This document shows positions 7,488-16,800 of a stretch of 32,000 nt of DNA, piece after piece (position 1 is the stretch's first letter; each line of letters opens with the position of its first letter). The notes beneath the pieces are model-generated. The model ran no database searches. It had not been told where the DNA came from and was given only the letters and a program-made list of their open reading frames with translations. The position numbers and the translations under genes are program-made. This stretch comes from Chitinophagaceae bacterium (GTDB lineage: Bacteria > Bacteroidota > Bacteroidia > Chitinophagales > Chitinophagaceae), in the NCBI GenBank assembly GCA_039916305.1, contig JBDSLR010000002.1, forward strand, positions 1 to 32,000, read 5' to 3'.

Positions 7488-8753
7488 ATGGATACTTTAC
7501 AGCTATCGCAACTTTCCGCCACATTGATTGGCTCGGAAATAGTAAAACTCGGTGGAGAAATAAGGGAAAAAATACGCCAGGGAGAGAACATTTACAATTT
7601 TACGGTGGGCGATTTTGACCCTGCCATATTTCCTATTCCAAAAGAACTGGAAAATGCCATTGTAGATGCCTACCGGAAGCACTTTACCAATTACCCCGCA
7701 GCGGAAGGCAATCCCGATCTCCGGGAGGCTATCAGCCTATTTATAAAAGACAGGCAGCAACTGGATTACAAACCGGCCGAGATATTAGTGGCGGGTGGTG
7801 GACGTCCTCTAATATATGCGCTGTTCCGTGCTGTTTGTGACGCCGGCGACAAAGTTATCTACGCCGTGCCATCCTGGAATAATAACCATTATACCAATTT
7901 TGTGGGTGCACAGCATATAGTAGTGGAGGCCGGCATAGAAAACAATTTTATGCCATCTGTTGACCAGTTGCGTCCGCATATTGAAGGTGCCACCTTGCTG
8001 GCGTTATGTTCTCCGCAAAATCCTACCGGTACCACTTTTACCAAAGACGACCTGCAGGCTATTTGTGCTATGGTAGTTGCAGAAAATGAACGTCGCGGAG
8101 AAAATGAAAAGAAACTGTATGTGATGTATGACCAGATGTATTCATTACTCACTTACGGAAAGATTGTTCATTACAACCCGGTAACATTAAATCCGGCTAT
8201 GCGGCCTTATACCATTTTTATTGACGCCATCAGCAAAGTATTTGCAGCCACTGGCGTACGGGTGGGCTGGTCATTAGGACCGGGAGCTATTATTGACAAG
8301 ATGAAATCATTTATGACCCATCTGGGTTCCTGGGCGCCCATGGCCGAGCAAAAGGCCGTAGCTGTTTACCTGCCGCAAAAAGCAAATATTGACAATTACC
8401 TTACCCAATTTAAAGCGGCGCTGGAAACACGCCTGGAGGGCCTCTACAATGGCTTACAGCAACTTAAACGTGAAGGTTATGCAGTAGACGCCATAGCGCC
8501 CCAGGGAGCCATTTATCTAACTGTACAATTTAATTTTACCGGCAAAAAAACGGCAGATGGAAAAATGCTTAACAAACAAACTGACACCACTGCTTATCTT
8601 CTGAATGAAGCTAAACTGGCGGTAGTACCTTTTTATGCTTTCGGCGCCAGCGCAGATTCAAACTGGTACAGGCTGAGTGTGGGTACGTGTAAAGAGGAAG
8701 AAATAAATATGGTAATTAATCAACTGCGGGATGCGATGAAAAAATTATTCTGA
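7488..8753 (+). CDS. pyridoxal-phosphate-dependent aminotransferase, class I/II (aspartate/aromatic type)
   Basis: 421 aa. It has the FTVGDFD N-terminal motif, SPQNPTG, and the PLP-lysine context DAISKVFAATGVRVGW. Confidence 0.85.
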   Translation: MDTLQLSQLSATLIGSEIVKLGGEIREKIRQGENIYNFTVGDFDPAIFPIPKELENAIVDAYRKHFTNYPAAEGNPDLREAISLFIKDRQQLDYKPAEILVAGGGRPLIYALFRAVCDAGDKVIYAVPSWNNNHYTNFVGAQHIVVEAGIENNFMPSVDQLRPHIEGATLLALCSPQNPTGTTFTKDDLQAICAMVVAENERRGENEKKLYVMYDQMYSLLTYGKIVHYNPVTLNPAMRPYTIFIDAISKVFAATGVRVGWSLGPGAIIDKMKSFMTHLGSWAPMAEQKAVAVYLPQKANIDNYLTQFKAALETRLEGLYNGLQQLKREGYAVDAIAPQGAIYLTVQFNFTGKKTADGKMLNKQTDTTAYLLNEAKLAVVPFYAFGASADSNWYRLSVGTCKEEEINMVINQLRDAMKKLF

Positions 8754-8767
8754 TAGCCTACAAAACA

Positions 8768-8792
8768 AAAGCCCCGTTAAAAACGGGGCTTT
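8768..8792. terminator. bidirectional intrinsic terminator between the aminotransferase and the 82-aa ORF
   Basis: GC-rich stem AAAGCCCCGTT/AACGGGGCTTT with a short A loop. A T-run follows on the minus strand (TTTTGTTTTG), and T-rich sequence follows on the plus strand. Confidence 0.7.
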
Positions 8793-8811
8793 ATAAATAT
8801 TTTTAGGGAAG

Positions 8812-8823
8812 CAATACGATCAA
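8812..8823 (+). repeat. left copy of a direct repeat CAATACGATCAA
   Basis: Matches 9317..9328 (CAATACGAACAA) at 11 of 12 positions. Both copies are preceded by an AT-rich AAATATT-type tract. Confidence 0.6.
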
Positions 8824-8846
8824 ATGAATCTGAATGATATTATCTA

Positions 8847-9095
8847 CTAATTCTTATTACAAACAAACTGAAATGGCTTCAGTTCCTGCTGGTGGATGAC
8901 CTGCACAATCTTTTTCCGGTTATCTACTATTTTGTGTTTAGTAATGTCAAACACTTCGTGCGCGATACAAAAACTGTCGACTGTTTCAAGCTGAAATAAC
9001 AACGAGTTCAGTTTTTCGAGTTCTAACTCAATCTGATACTGGTTCATTGTTTCATCTTTCACCAGGACAAGCAAATCCCTGTTAGTAGCCTTCAT
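8847..9095 (-). CDS. hypothetical 82-aa protein with no recognisable motifs
   Basis: Open frame in the ORF track, 13 nt downstream of the small lipoprotein ORF on the same strand and followed by a good terminator. No signal peptide and no domain that I recognise. Confidence 0.5.
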   Translation of the reverse strand: MKATNRDLLVLVKDETMNQYQIELELEKLNSLLFQLETVDSFCIAHEVFDITKHKIVDNRKKIVQVIHQQELKPFQFVCNKN

Positions 9096-9108
9096 GTCTT
9101 ATTAGATT

Positions 9109-9243
9109 TTAATATCCAACATAACCTTTGTGAATTCCGCAACCACAACTTTTGCCAGATACCCGACGTTCACTATTACAACTTACGGCAAGTATCGCAA
9201 AAATCAATAATAAGAATAATAAACTATTTGTTTTATTTTTCAT
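9109..9243 (-). CDS. putative 44-aa lipoprotein (not in the supplied ORF track)
   Basis: Manual translation gives MKNKTNSLLFLLLIFAILAVSCNSERRVSGKSCGCGIHKGYVGY*. It has a basic n-region, a hydrophobic h-region and a lipobox-like AVS|C. The predicted 23-aa mature peptide has 3 Cys. The ORF ends 13 nt before the 82-aa ORF start. Confidence 0.5.
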   Translation of the reverse strand: MKNKTNSLLFLLLIFAILAVSCNSERRVSGKSCGCGIHKGYVGY

Positions 9244-9316
9244 GGTTTGGAATTTCTAAATTAAACTATTTTAATAACAAAATAGTATTTCTGACACCGG
9301 TAAATAAAAATATTAA

Positions 9317-9328
9317 CAATACGAACAA
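9317..9328 (+). repeat. right copy of the direct repeat CAATACGAACAA
   Basis: See 8812..8823. It lies 14 nt upstream of the proposed GTG start of the glycosyltransferase. Confidence 0.6.
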
Positions 9329-9341
9329 TCGCACCTATACG

Positions 9342-10433
9342 GTGCTGGTAGCCCCGCTGGACTGGGGTCTTGGCCATGCCAGCCGCTGCATTCCCCTGAT
9401 CGAAAAATTCTTATTTGCTGGTTTTAAAGTAATTATAGCGGCAGAGGGGGATCAGAAAATACTATTGCAATCCGTCTTTCCGGAACTTGAAACCGTTCAA
9501 TTAAACGGCTATAACCTAAAATATGGTTCCACAAAACTCTTGACAATCTTAAAAATAATTTTTCAGGTTCCACGGATATTGATAGCAATCAACGAGGAAA
9601 GAAAATGGTTAGGCCGCTATATTAGAAGTAAACACTTAGATATTATTGTTTCGGACAACCGCTTTGGATTGCACAACAACCAGGTTCTTTCTGTTTTTAT
9701 TACGCACCAGCTACGGATCAAAACTTCTTTAGGTCGTCTTACAGATAGCTTTATACAAAAGATGAACTACCATTTCATTAACCAGTTTGATTACTGTGTG
9801 GTGCCTGATGCAGCAGGAGGCAACAACCTCGCCGGTGCATTGTCGCATCCGGCAAGAAAGCCGGCCACGAAACTGCTGTATACGGGTGTGCTGACGGCAA
9901 TAGCCAAAGAGGATCTACCGGTTACGAACAAGCTATTAATTTTGCTTTCAGGACCAGAGCCACAGCGAACTATCCTGGAAGATATTCTCCTGCAACAATT
10001 AGCGCACATTACTTTCCCGGCTGTTTTAATCAGGGGGTTGCCTTCGGCCGGCAGAAAACTTTCACCGCGGGACAATCTTACAGTGTATGATTATTTATCC
10101 GGCCGGCAATTGCAGCAAGTAATTAATGCTGCTGAAATAATTATCAGCAGATCCGGTTACAGCACCATTATGGATTTACTCCCTTTGGGTAAAAAATGCA
10201 TTTTTATTCCTACCCCCGGGCAGGCAGAGCAGGAATACCTGGCTGCCTGGCTGAAAGATAAAAACTATGCTTGCAGCGGATTGCAGCATAACTTTTCTTT
10301 ACCGCTGCTGATAGAAGAAGCTTCGGAATTACAATCCCCGGATCTTTCATTCCTTAAAAGCCCGGACAGAATAAATGATGCTATCAGCACATTTATAACG
10401 AGGCTGAATGCAAAACAAATATCACCTGACTAA
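9342..10433 (+). CDS. GT-B fold glycosyltransferase (MurG-like / GT28-GT1 family)
   Basis: It has the N-terminal glycine loop VLVAPLDWGLGHASRC. The C-terminal half has ISRSGYSTIMD and PGQAEQEYLA. I prefer the GTG at 9342 over the TTG at 9228, because the 38-codon extension is Asn/Ile-rich, has no homology-like features, and overlaps the divergent lipoprotein ORF. Confidence 0.8.
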   Translation: MLVAPLDWGLGHASRCIPLIEKFLFAGFKVIIAAEGDQKILLQSVFPELETVQLNGYNLKYGSTKLLTILKIIFQVPRILIAINEERKWLGRYIRSKHLDIIVSDNRFGLHNNQVLSVFITHQLRIKTSLGRLTDSFIQKMNYHFINQFDYCVVPDAAGGNNLAGALSHPARKPATKLLYTGVLTAIAKEDLPVTNKLLILLSGPEPQRTILEDILLQQLAHITFPAVLIRGLPSAGRKLSPRDNLTVYDYLSGRQLQQVINAAEIIISRSGYSTIMDLLPLGKKCIFIPTPGQAEQEYLAAWLKDKNYACSGLQHNFSLPLLIEEASELQSPDLSFLKSPDRINDAISTFITRLNAKQISPD

Positions 10434-10927
10434 CTATGTAATTTGGGATAATCATACAATAACAGTTCTTTGGTGGCGGCTGCAAAATTTTTCCAGCTGT
10501 CAATGTCCGCCTTAACAGCAAATATGCCGCAGGTAGGTACATTGTCTGTTTTAACAGCGGCTGTAAGCGTATTCACAAAATCAGTAATGCCGGGGTTGTG
10601 GGAGAATACAGCCACTGTATTAAACCTGTTATCGATACCACTGATTAATTGTTCAAAAAAATAGGCGGGTGCCAGGTATAATTCCTGTTCAGTGATAAGC
10701 TGATCGTGCTTCATCTTATAGGTGGCAAGAAATATTTCTGCGGTAGTTTTTGCCCTTAATGCAGGGCTTGTTATGAGGGCATCAATCGTATCAATACGTG
10801 AAGATAAACGTACAGCCATTTCATTCGCATCTTTCAATCCGCGTTTATTTAATGAGCGGTCAAAATCGCGGGTGCCGGCGTCTTCCCAGCTACTTTTGGC
10901 GTGACGAATAAGTAAAAGAGTTTTCAT
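10430..10927 (-). CDS. histidine phosphatase superfamily protein (SixA-like)
   Basis: 165 aa. The LLLIRHAKSSW (RHA/RHG) motif is at the N-terminus, and a second catalytic His sits in VFSHNPG. Confidence 0.8.
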   Translation of the reverse strand: MKTLLLIRHAKSSWEDAGTRDFDRSLNKRGLKDANEMAVRLSSRIDTIDALITSPALRAKTTAEIFLATYKMKHDQLITEQELYLAPAYFFEQLISGIDNRFNTVAVFSHNPGITDFVNTLTAAVKTDNVPTCGIFAVKADIDSWKNFAAATKELLLYDYPKLHS

Positions 10928-10992
10928 ATGTGAAAGTATAAAAGATTATTCTTCTTCACATTTGAAACGCTGAGAGTATTTTTGTTGAAATT

Positions 10993-11008
10993 AAAACAGG
11001 CCTGTTTT
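10993..11008 (-). terminator. palindrome AAAACAGGCCTGTTTT, possible weak terminator after purF
   Basis: Perfect 16-nt palindrome (6-bp stem with a GGCC loop), about 95 nt after the purF stop, followed by T/A-rich sequence on the minus strand. Confidence 0.3.
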
Positions 11009-11100
11009 ATAGTGGTTTCGCAACAGGAAAATTAGTTTAAAAACGGTTAATACAAATTTACAGAATACTTTCCCAAATCGGGAAGATTTGCACCAAAATT

Positions 11101-12948
11101 TTAATAACCCCGTACATTTTTCTTTTCTACATAATTAATAAACGCCTTGTTAACTACGCGGTTACCCCCCGGTGTTGGATAATTGCCGGTAAAATACCAG
11201 TCTCCTGTGTTGGTAGGGCATGCATTGTGCAGCGACTCTATGGTCTGGTAGATAACCTGTACGGGTATTGTTAATCCTTCTGGCGTAATGAGCTCAGCAA
11301 TCTTATTGGAGATCTCTTCCGTGGTAAATGGCTTATACACCTGCCGCACTACGTTCTCTGTATGCAGCTGGCCGGTCCTGGACAGCTCCTGGCAGCGTTC
11401 ATATAACTCCTGCAGCAAATCCTCCTTATCATGCTCCTTCAATAATTCCATGGCCGCGCGGAAAGCGATAAAATCGCCCAGCTTGCTCATGTCTATACCA
11501 TAGCAGTCCGGGTAACGTATCTGTGGTGCAGAAGAAACAATAATTATTTTTTTGGGGCCTAGCCTTGACAACATTCTTACAATGCTTTCTTTAAGCGTGG
11601 TACCCCTTACAATTGAATCATCAATTATTACCAGTGTATCTTCATCTTTGCGCAGTGTGCCATAGGTAATATCGTATACGTGCTGCACCATCTCATTACG
11701 GTTGGCATCTTCCGTTATAAACGTTCGCATTTTTACATCCTTAATGGCAATCTTCTCTATCCGGATGCGCCGGTTGATCATCTCCTTCAGTTTCTCGTCA
11801 TCATAGTTTTTGCCCCATGATAAGATGCGCTCCACTTTAACCTTGTTCATATAATCTTCCATGCCTTTCTGCAAACCATAAAAAGCTACTTCTGCAGTAT
11901 TTGGTATGAAAGAAAAAATTGTATTCTTTAAATCGTGGTTGATGGCATTTAATACAGCATCACTTAGGTTATGACCCAGCGCGGTGCGTTCGCGGTAAAT
12001 TTTTTCATCGTTCCCGCGTGAGAAATAGATGCGTTCAAAACTGCAGGCCCTTCTTTCTTTGGGGGCCAGTATCTGCTCAATACTGTAATGGCCATTGGCG
12101 CGTATAATAAGCGCATGGCCAGGCATTAATTCCTGCACTTCATTTTCGCCCACATTAAAAGTAGTACGAATGGCCGCTCTTTCAGATGCCGCCACAATAA
12201 GATCTTCGCTGATATAATAGTAAGAAGGCCTGATACCATGTTCATCCCGCATTACAAATGCATCTCCATTACCAATCAATCCGCCAATATGATACCCGCC
12301 GTCAAAAAGTCTTGCGGCTTTTTTTAGTACGTTTATTATATCCAGGTGACCCGGATCCTGTTCGTCTTCTTTCACCATAAAATGATGCACAACCTCCATC
12401 ATGGCTGCCAAATCACTCTGGCGCTGAAATTCACCCGGATCAATATTAATCAGCGAAAAAAGCTCCTCTGTGTTTACTAAATTAAAATTCCCGGCCAGGG
12501 CCAGGTTACGTACGGGAATCGTATTTCTTTTTATGAATGGATGACAAAAATCGGCGTTGTTTTTACCCTGGGTGCCATAGCGCAGGTGACCAAGTAAAAG
12601 CTCCCCCAAAAAGCGGACATGCCCTTTCAGGAGTCCGGGGTGTTTTTTAATATCGGGCTGATACTTTTCCAAATCGGCTATTTCTTCCGATACCTGCCTG
12701 AACAAATCTGCTATGGGCTGCGGCGCCACGCTGCGCAGACGGTGCAAAAAAGGATAGCCGGGCTCTACATTCAGCTTTACCGAAGCAATACCGGCGCCAT
12801 CCTGTCCACGGTTGTGTTGTTTTTCCATCAACAGGTATAACTTGTTAAGACCGTACAAAACTGATCCATATTTTTGCTGATAATATGGTAGGGGCTTACG
12901 CAAACGAATGAGGGCCAACCCGCATTCGTGTTTAATAGCATCACTCAT
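11101..12948 (-). CDS. purF: amidophosphoribosyltransferase (long Bacteroidota form)
   Basis: A short propeptide precedes the Ntn catalytic Cys (MSDAIKHE-CGLALIRL). The PRPP-binding loop is LVIIDDSIVRGTT. 615 aa. Confidence 0.95.
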   Translation of the reverse strand: MSDAIKHECGLALIRLRKPLPYYQQKYGSVLYGLNKLYLLMEKQHNRGQDGAGIASVKLNVEPGYPFLHRLRSVAPQPIADLFRQVSEEIADLEKYQPDIKKHPGLLKGHVRFLGELLLGHLRYGTQGKNNADFCHPFIKRNTIPVRNLALAGNFNLVNTEELFSLINIDPGEFQRQSDLAAMMEVVHHFMVKEDEQDPGHLDIINVLKKAARLFDGGYHIGGLIGNGDAFVMRDEHGIRPSYYYISEDLIVAASERAAIRTTFNVGENEVQELMPGHALIIRANGHYSIEQILAPKERRACSFERIYFSRGNDEKIYRERTALGHNLSDAVLNAINHDLKNTIFSFIPNTAEVAFYGLQKGMEDYMNKVKVERILSWGKNYDDEKLKEMINRRIRIEKIAIKDVKMRTFITEDANRNEMVQHVYDITYGTLRKDEDTLVIIDDSIVRGTTLKESIVRMLSRLGPKKIIIVSSAPQIRYPDCYGIDMSKLGDFIAFRAAMELLKEHDKEDLLQELYERCQELSRTGQLHTENVVRQVYKPFTTEEISNKIAELITPEGLTIPVQVIYQTIESLHNACPTNTGDWYFTGNYPTPGGNRVVNKAFINYVEKKNVRGY

Positions 12949-12964
12949 GGTAGGAAATAAGGCG

Positions 12965-12972
12965 CAAAAGTA
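12965..12972 (-). promoter_or_regulatory. candidate -7 promoter box for purF (TACTTTTG on the minus strand)
   Basis: Exact TAnnTTTG match, 16 nt upstream of the purF ATG. Confidence 0.35.
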
Positions 12973-13050
12973 AGCCGACTTTATGAGATAAAAAACCTTT
13001 ATATAGTCTTACCGGCGTTTTTTGTGACAGTCTCAATAGTAACCGGCAGT

Positions 13051-13083
13051 ATGCCTGTATAATAAGCCCTCATATACAGGCAT
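13051..13083 (-). terminator. 11-bp perfect hairpin downstream of the response regulator (possible terminator)
   Basis: ATGCCTGTATA (13051..13061) pairs with TATACAGGCAT (13073..13083) around an 11-nt loop. It lies 82 nt after the regulator stop. There is no U-tract, so function is uncertain. Confidence 0.35.
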
Positions 13084-13164
13084 ATAGATAACAGTCCCGT
13101 AAAAATTTACGATTGTTAAAAAACGAATCTGCGCCGGACAAATACCGTTATTGCAGCCTTGCTA

Positions 13165-13806
13165 TCAAACGTATCCGGCAGAACTATTGATAAAATTTAC
13201 CAGCGAAGCTGAGTTTTTAAGTTTCAACTTTTTAAGAATATTATGCCTGTGTACTTCTACCGTTTTTAGCGAAATGTCAAGCTGGGTAGCAATTTCCTTT
13301 GAGGAATGACCTTCCCGGATATGGTGTATAATCTGCATTTCCCGCTCGGTAAGTGAATTGATGCTGGGCACATCCTGGTTGTCATCCAGCAGCTGATCAG
13401 AAATGATGGTTTTGATCTCATCACACACGTATTTATTACCCCTGAAAACCTCGGTAATGGCGTTGAACATTTCTTCTTTTGAAGAGTTTTTGGTGACGTA
13501 CCCCCGGGCGCCCACCTGCAGCATTTTTTTTGCATAAGCCGGCTGCGAATGCATGGACACGCCAATTACTTTTGAATCCGGAGAAAGCTTACGAATCTTT
13601 TCAGTGGCTTCAAAACCATTAAATGGTGCCATATTGATATCCATTAATACAATATCGGGCTTCAGTTCCTTTGCAAATTCCACCGCCTGCTCAGCGTCTC
13701 CGCATTCTGCCACTACTTCAAAACGTTCATCACTGTTAAGAATATACGTCCATGTTTCACGGATAAGCTTATGATCGTCTGCAATTAAAATAGTAATCTT
13801 TTCCAT
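13165..13806 (-). CDS. NarL/LuxR-family response regulator (REC + HTH)
   Basis: The start was moved to MEKITILIADDH (ATG at 13806). The phospho-acceptor context is IVLMDINMA. The C-terminal LuxR HTH is LTEREMQIIHHIREGHSSKEIATQLDISLKTVEVHRHNILKKL. The gene begins 10 nt after the kinase stop. Confidence 0.9.
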   Translation of the reverse strand: MEKITILIADDHKLIRETWTYILNSDERFEVVAECGDAEQAVEFAKELKPDIVLMDINMAPFNGFEATEKIRKLSPDSKVIGVSMHSQPAYAKKMLQVGARGYVTKNSSKEEMFNAITEVFRGNKYVCDEIKTIISDQLLDDNQDVPSINSLTEREMQIIHHIREGHSSKEIATQLDISLKTVEVHRHNILKKLKLKNSASLVNFINSSAGYV

Positions 13807-13816
13807 ACTCCGTAAT

Positions 13817-16800
13817 TTAAATGTTATGAATTGGTACCTGTATAAAAAGTTTGCAGCCCTTTCCCGGCGCGGTGGTAATAATGACCTCGCCGTTAAAAAG
13901 ATGCGCCCTGCTCTCAATGTTTGTTAGACCTACCCCTTTTTTAAATTTAACCTTTTCCAGTTCGAAGCCTTTGCCATCATCAATAATGGAAAGGTTAATC
14001 AATTTACCTTTGAACCTTAAGCTGATTGTAATATGACTGGCCGCCGCATGCTTTAATACATTGCTTACCTGTTCCTGTATAATACGGAAAAGCATCAGCT
14101 TTTGTTTGTCGTCTATGGTATTATCAAAATCGCCGGCGTGATTAAACTGTACCTGTAAAACAGTTGTCATGCGCAATGATTCTACCAGGTCATTTATAGA
14201 TTCAATTAAACCAAGGTCTTTTACACTGGGTGGCACCAGTGCTTTGGAAATATGCCTTATTTCATTGATGGCTGTAAAAATGCTGTCTGCACTTTTTTTA
14301 ATCAACGCATCTTTCTGCCTGGTATCTGTTTTTGCCAGCTCCAGGTAAAGTTTTGCAGTAGAAAGAATCTGGTTTACATTATCATGCAGCTCTTTACCTA
14401 TTTCTGCTCTTTCTTTTTCCTGGGCATCTACCACGGCCTGCGCAATACTTTTTTGCTTGTTGATTTCCTGCGTGAGCAGCTGCCCTTCTAATTTTTTGCG
14501 GTCTGTAATATCCTGCATGGCGCCAACAAATCGTATTGCGTGGCCATCTTTATCCCAGATAATGAATGCCCTGTCTGCAACCAACACATAAGTATTATCA
14601 GCTTTTCTAAACCGGTATTCTGAATACAGCACGCCTCTTTCCTTGTTTTTGATAGCGTTTTCGTACAGTTTTTTGATTTTCTCTTTATCTTCCGGATAGA
14701 GATTACTTTCCCAAAAACCATGTTTACCCAAATGGTTGCCGGGTGTGTAACCAAAAATTGAATAGAAACTTTCTCCCCAATAAAGTCTTTTGCTTTTTAT
14801 GTCATAGTCCCATATTGCATCATTGGTGGCTTTCGTTGCCAGCATGTAGCGTTCGTTACTGATATTTATTTTCTGTTCTGCCTGTTTGTTTTCTATGATA
14901 ACCCCCATTAAGGTGGCCACGCGTTTAAACAATTCCTGCTGTTCTTCTGAAGGCGATATTTTTTCGCGGTAATACCCGGCAAAAGAACCCAGCACTTTAT
15001 TGGAAGAAGTTACAATGGGAAAAGACCAGCATGCGGCCAGTTTGTACCGTGCAGCAATATGTTTGTACTGCCGCCATAACGGATCTTCAGTAATATCAGA
15101 TACAATTACTGTTTTTCGTAAAAAGATAGCTGTTCCGCAAGAGCCGGCTTCTGGCCCAACCTGCAGCCCGTTAATTTTTTTAATAAACCCGGCTGCCAGG
15201 GAGGGCGACGATAAATGCTTTATCGATTTACCATCCTCATCCAGCAACAATACAGAACATATTAAACCGGGATTGAATTTTTCCATGCCGGAAAGAAAAT
15301 AATCAACCGTATTTTTTAAAGAAGCATCTGCATTAATATTTAACTCCAGCACCTCTTTTTCCAGCGAAAGCAGCATTTGCTGTTTTTTGCGGGGAGTGAT
15401 ATCTTTAAAATAAATAAATAAACCCTGCTGGCTTGGATAGGCGCTGATGTCAAAATATACTTTCAGTTTTGGAATATACATTTCAAAAGAAAAAGCCTTT
15501 TTGGCGGTAATAGCTTTCTGGTAGCGGTTAAGGTTTTTTATTTTTTTTAATTCTGGAAATGCTTTCCATAAATTTTTACCCAATACTTCTACATCTTTCA
15601 CACCAGTCAGCTGTTCTGCAATGGGGTTCCACCACAAAATATTATACTTGTGATCCAGGGCTATAAAGCCATCCGTAATACTGTTTAAAATACTGGTAAT
15701 ATGCCCGGAATATGCCTGCAGCTGCTGTTCTGATTGTTTGCGTTCAGAAATATCATGCAGGCTTATGATGATACCATTTATTACACTGTCTGTAAATTTA
15801 TTAATTCCCTTTGCCTCTACCCAGCTCCAGCTACCTTTCTTATTCCGGAGGCGTATATCGCTGATGATATTTGATCCGGGGTTATCGAGCAGCTCGTCAA
15901 ATAATTTATTGGTGCGCTGCAGATCATCGGGGTGGATAAAATCAAAGGCAATACGCCCGGCCAGTTCTTCTTCCGTATAGCCCAGTACGGCCGTTACGGA
16001 CGGTGTAACATATTTAATCAACGCAGCTTTGTCAAGCACAAATACCACATCCATTAAATTCTGCAAAATAGCTTTGAACTTCAGTTCATTTCTGCGGACA
16101 GCCTCTTCCGCTTTAATTTTTTCCGTTATATCGCGGTTAACTAAAATATAACCCGTTATATTATTATCCGGATCACGCAGTGCCGATACCATGCACAACA
16201 GATAAGTAATTTCATCACTTCCTTTTTTATGCAATACTTCACCCTGCCAGTGCCCCTTTTCTTTCAGTTGCAAAAGAGCATCCGGGGTGCTGGTGCCTAA
16301 AAAATCCTGCGATAACAAATCGCGGATATTTTTTGTTACAGCATCTTTTGCAGTTATTCCATAGACGTCTTCGGCCTTTTTATTCCAGGTTACTACGTTA
16401 AAATTTACCCCGGTAGAAATAATTACATCAGAAGCATTTTCAATAAGCCTTGCCTGGAAGCTTATTTTTTCTTCCGCCATTTTGTAATCATGTATATCCA
16501 CCAGTGAACCAATATAGCCAAGAAAAGTGCCGTCGTCCAGGAACCGGGGTATTGATTTATCAAGCACCCAGCGGTATTCGCCGGTACGGTATTTTAACCG
16601 GTAGATAAGGGAAACAGGTTTCTTTTCCTGGAACCCTTTTTTATACTCCCCGATACCTATATGAATATCGCCCGGATGTATTACTTTATCCCAGCCGTCA
16701 CCCCAGGCTGCTGCTGCATCAATGCCGGTAAAATCCGTCCAGTATTTATTTACATACGTTGTTTTATCATTTTCATCGCTCACCCAAATCATTACCGGCG

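Noticed and set aside
10929-10960. TGTGAA ... TTCACA inverted repeat next to the SixA-like start codon, which looks superficially like a CRP/FNR half-site pair
   Set aside because: The half-sites are 20 nt apart rather than the N6 spacing of CRP/FNR boxes. One arm also overlaps the first codons of the gene. A 6-mer dyad at this distance is within chance.
11053-11060. TAAATTTG (minus strand) as a promoter for the SixA-like gene
   Set aside because: It matches TAnnTTTG but lies only about 40 nt after the purF stop and about 125 nt upstream of the ATG, with the putative purF terminator palindrome downstream of it. The placement is too ambiguous to call.
13807-13917. N-terminal extensions offered by the ORF track: response regulator to 13917, PPIase to 19342, PaaZ to 5088, glycosyltransferase from 9228
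   Set aside because: In each case a downstream start gives a canonical N-terminus: MEKITILIADDH, the signal peptide MKQIIFLF..., MNKLGNYTTGRW, and VLVAPLDWGLGH. The extensions also run through the upstream gene end, a terminator hairpin or a divergent ORF.
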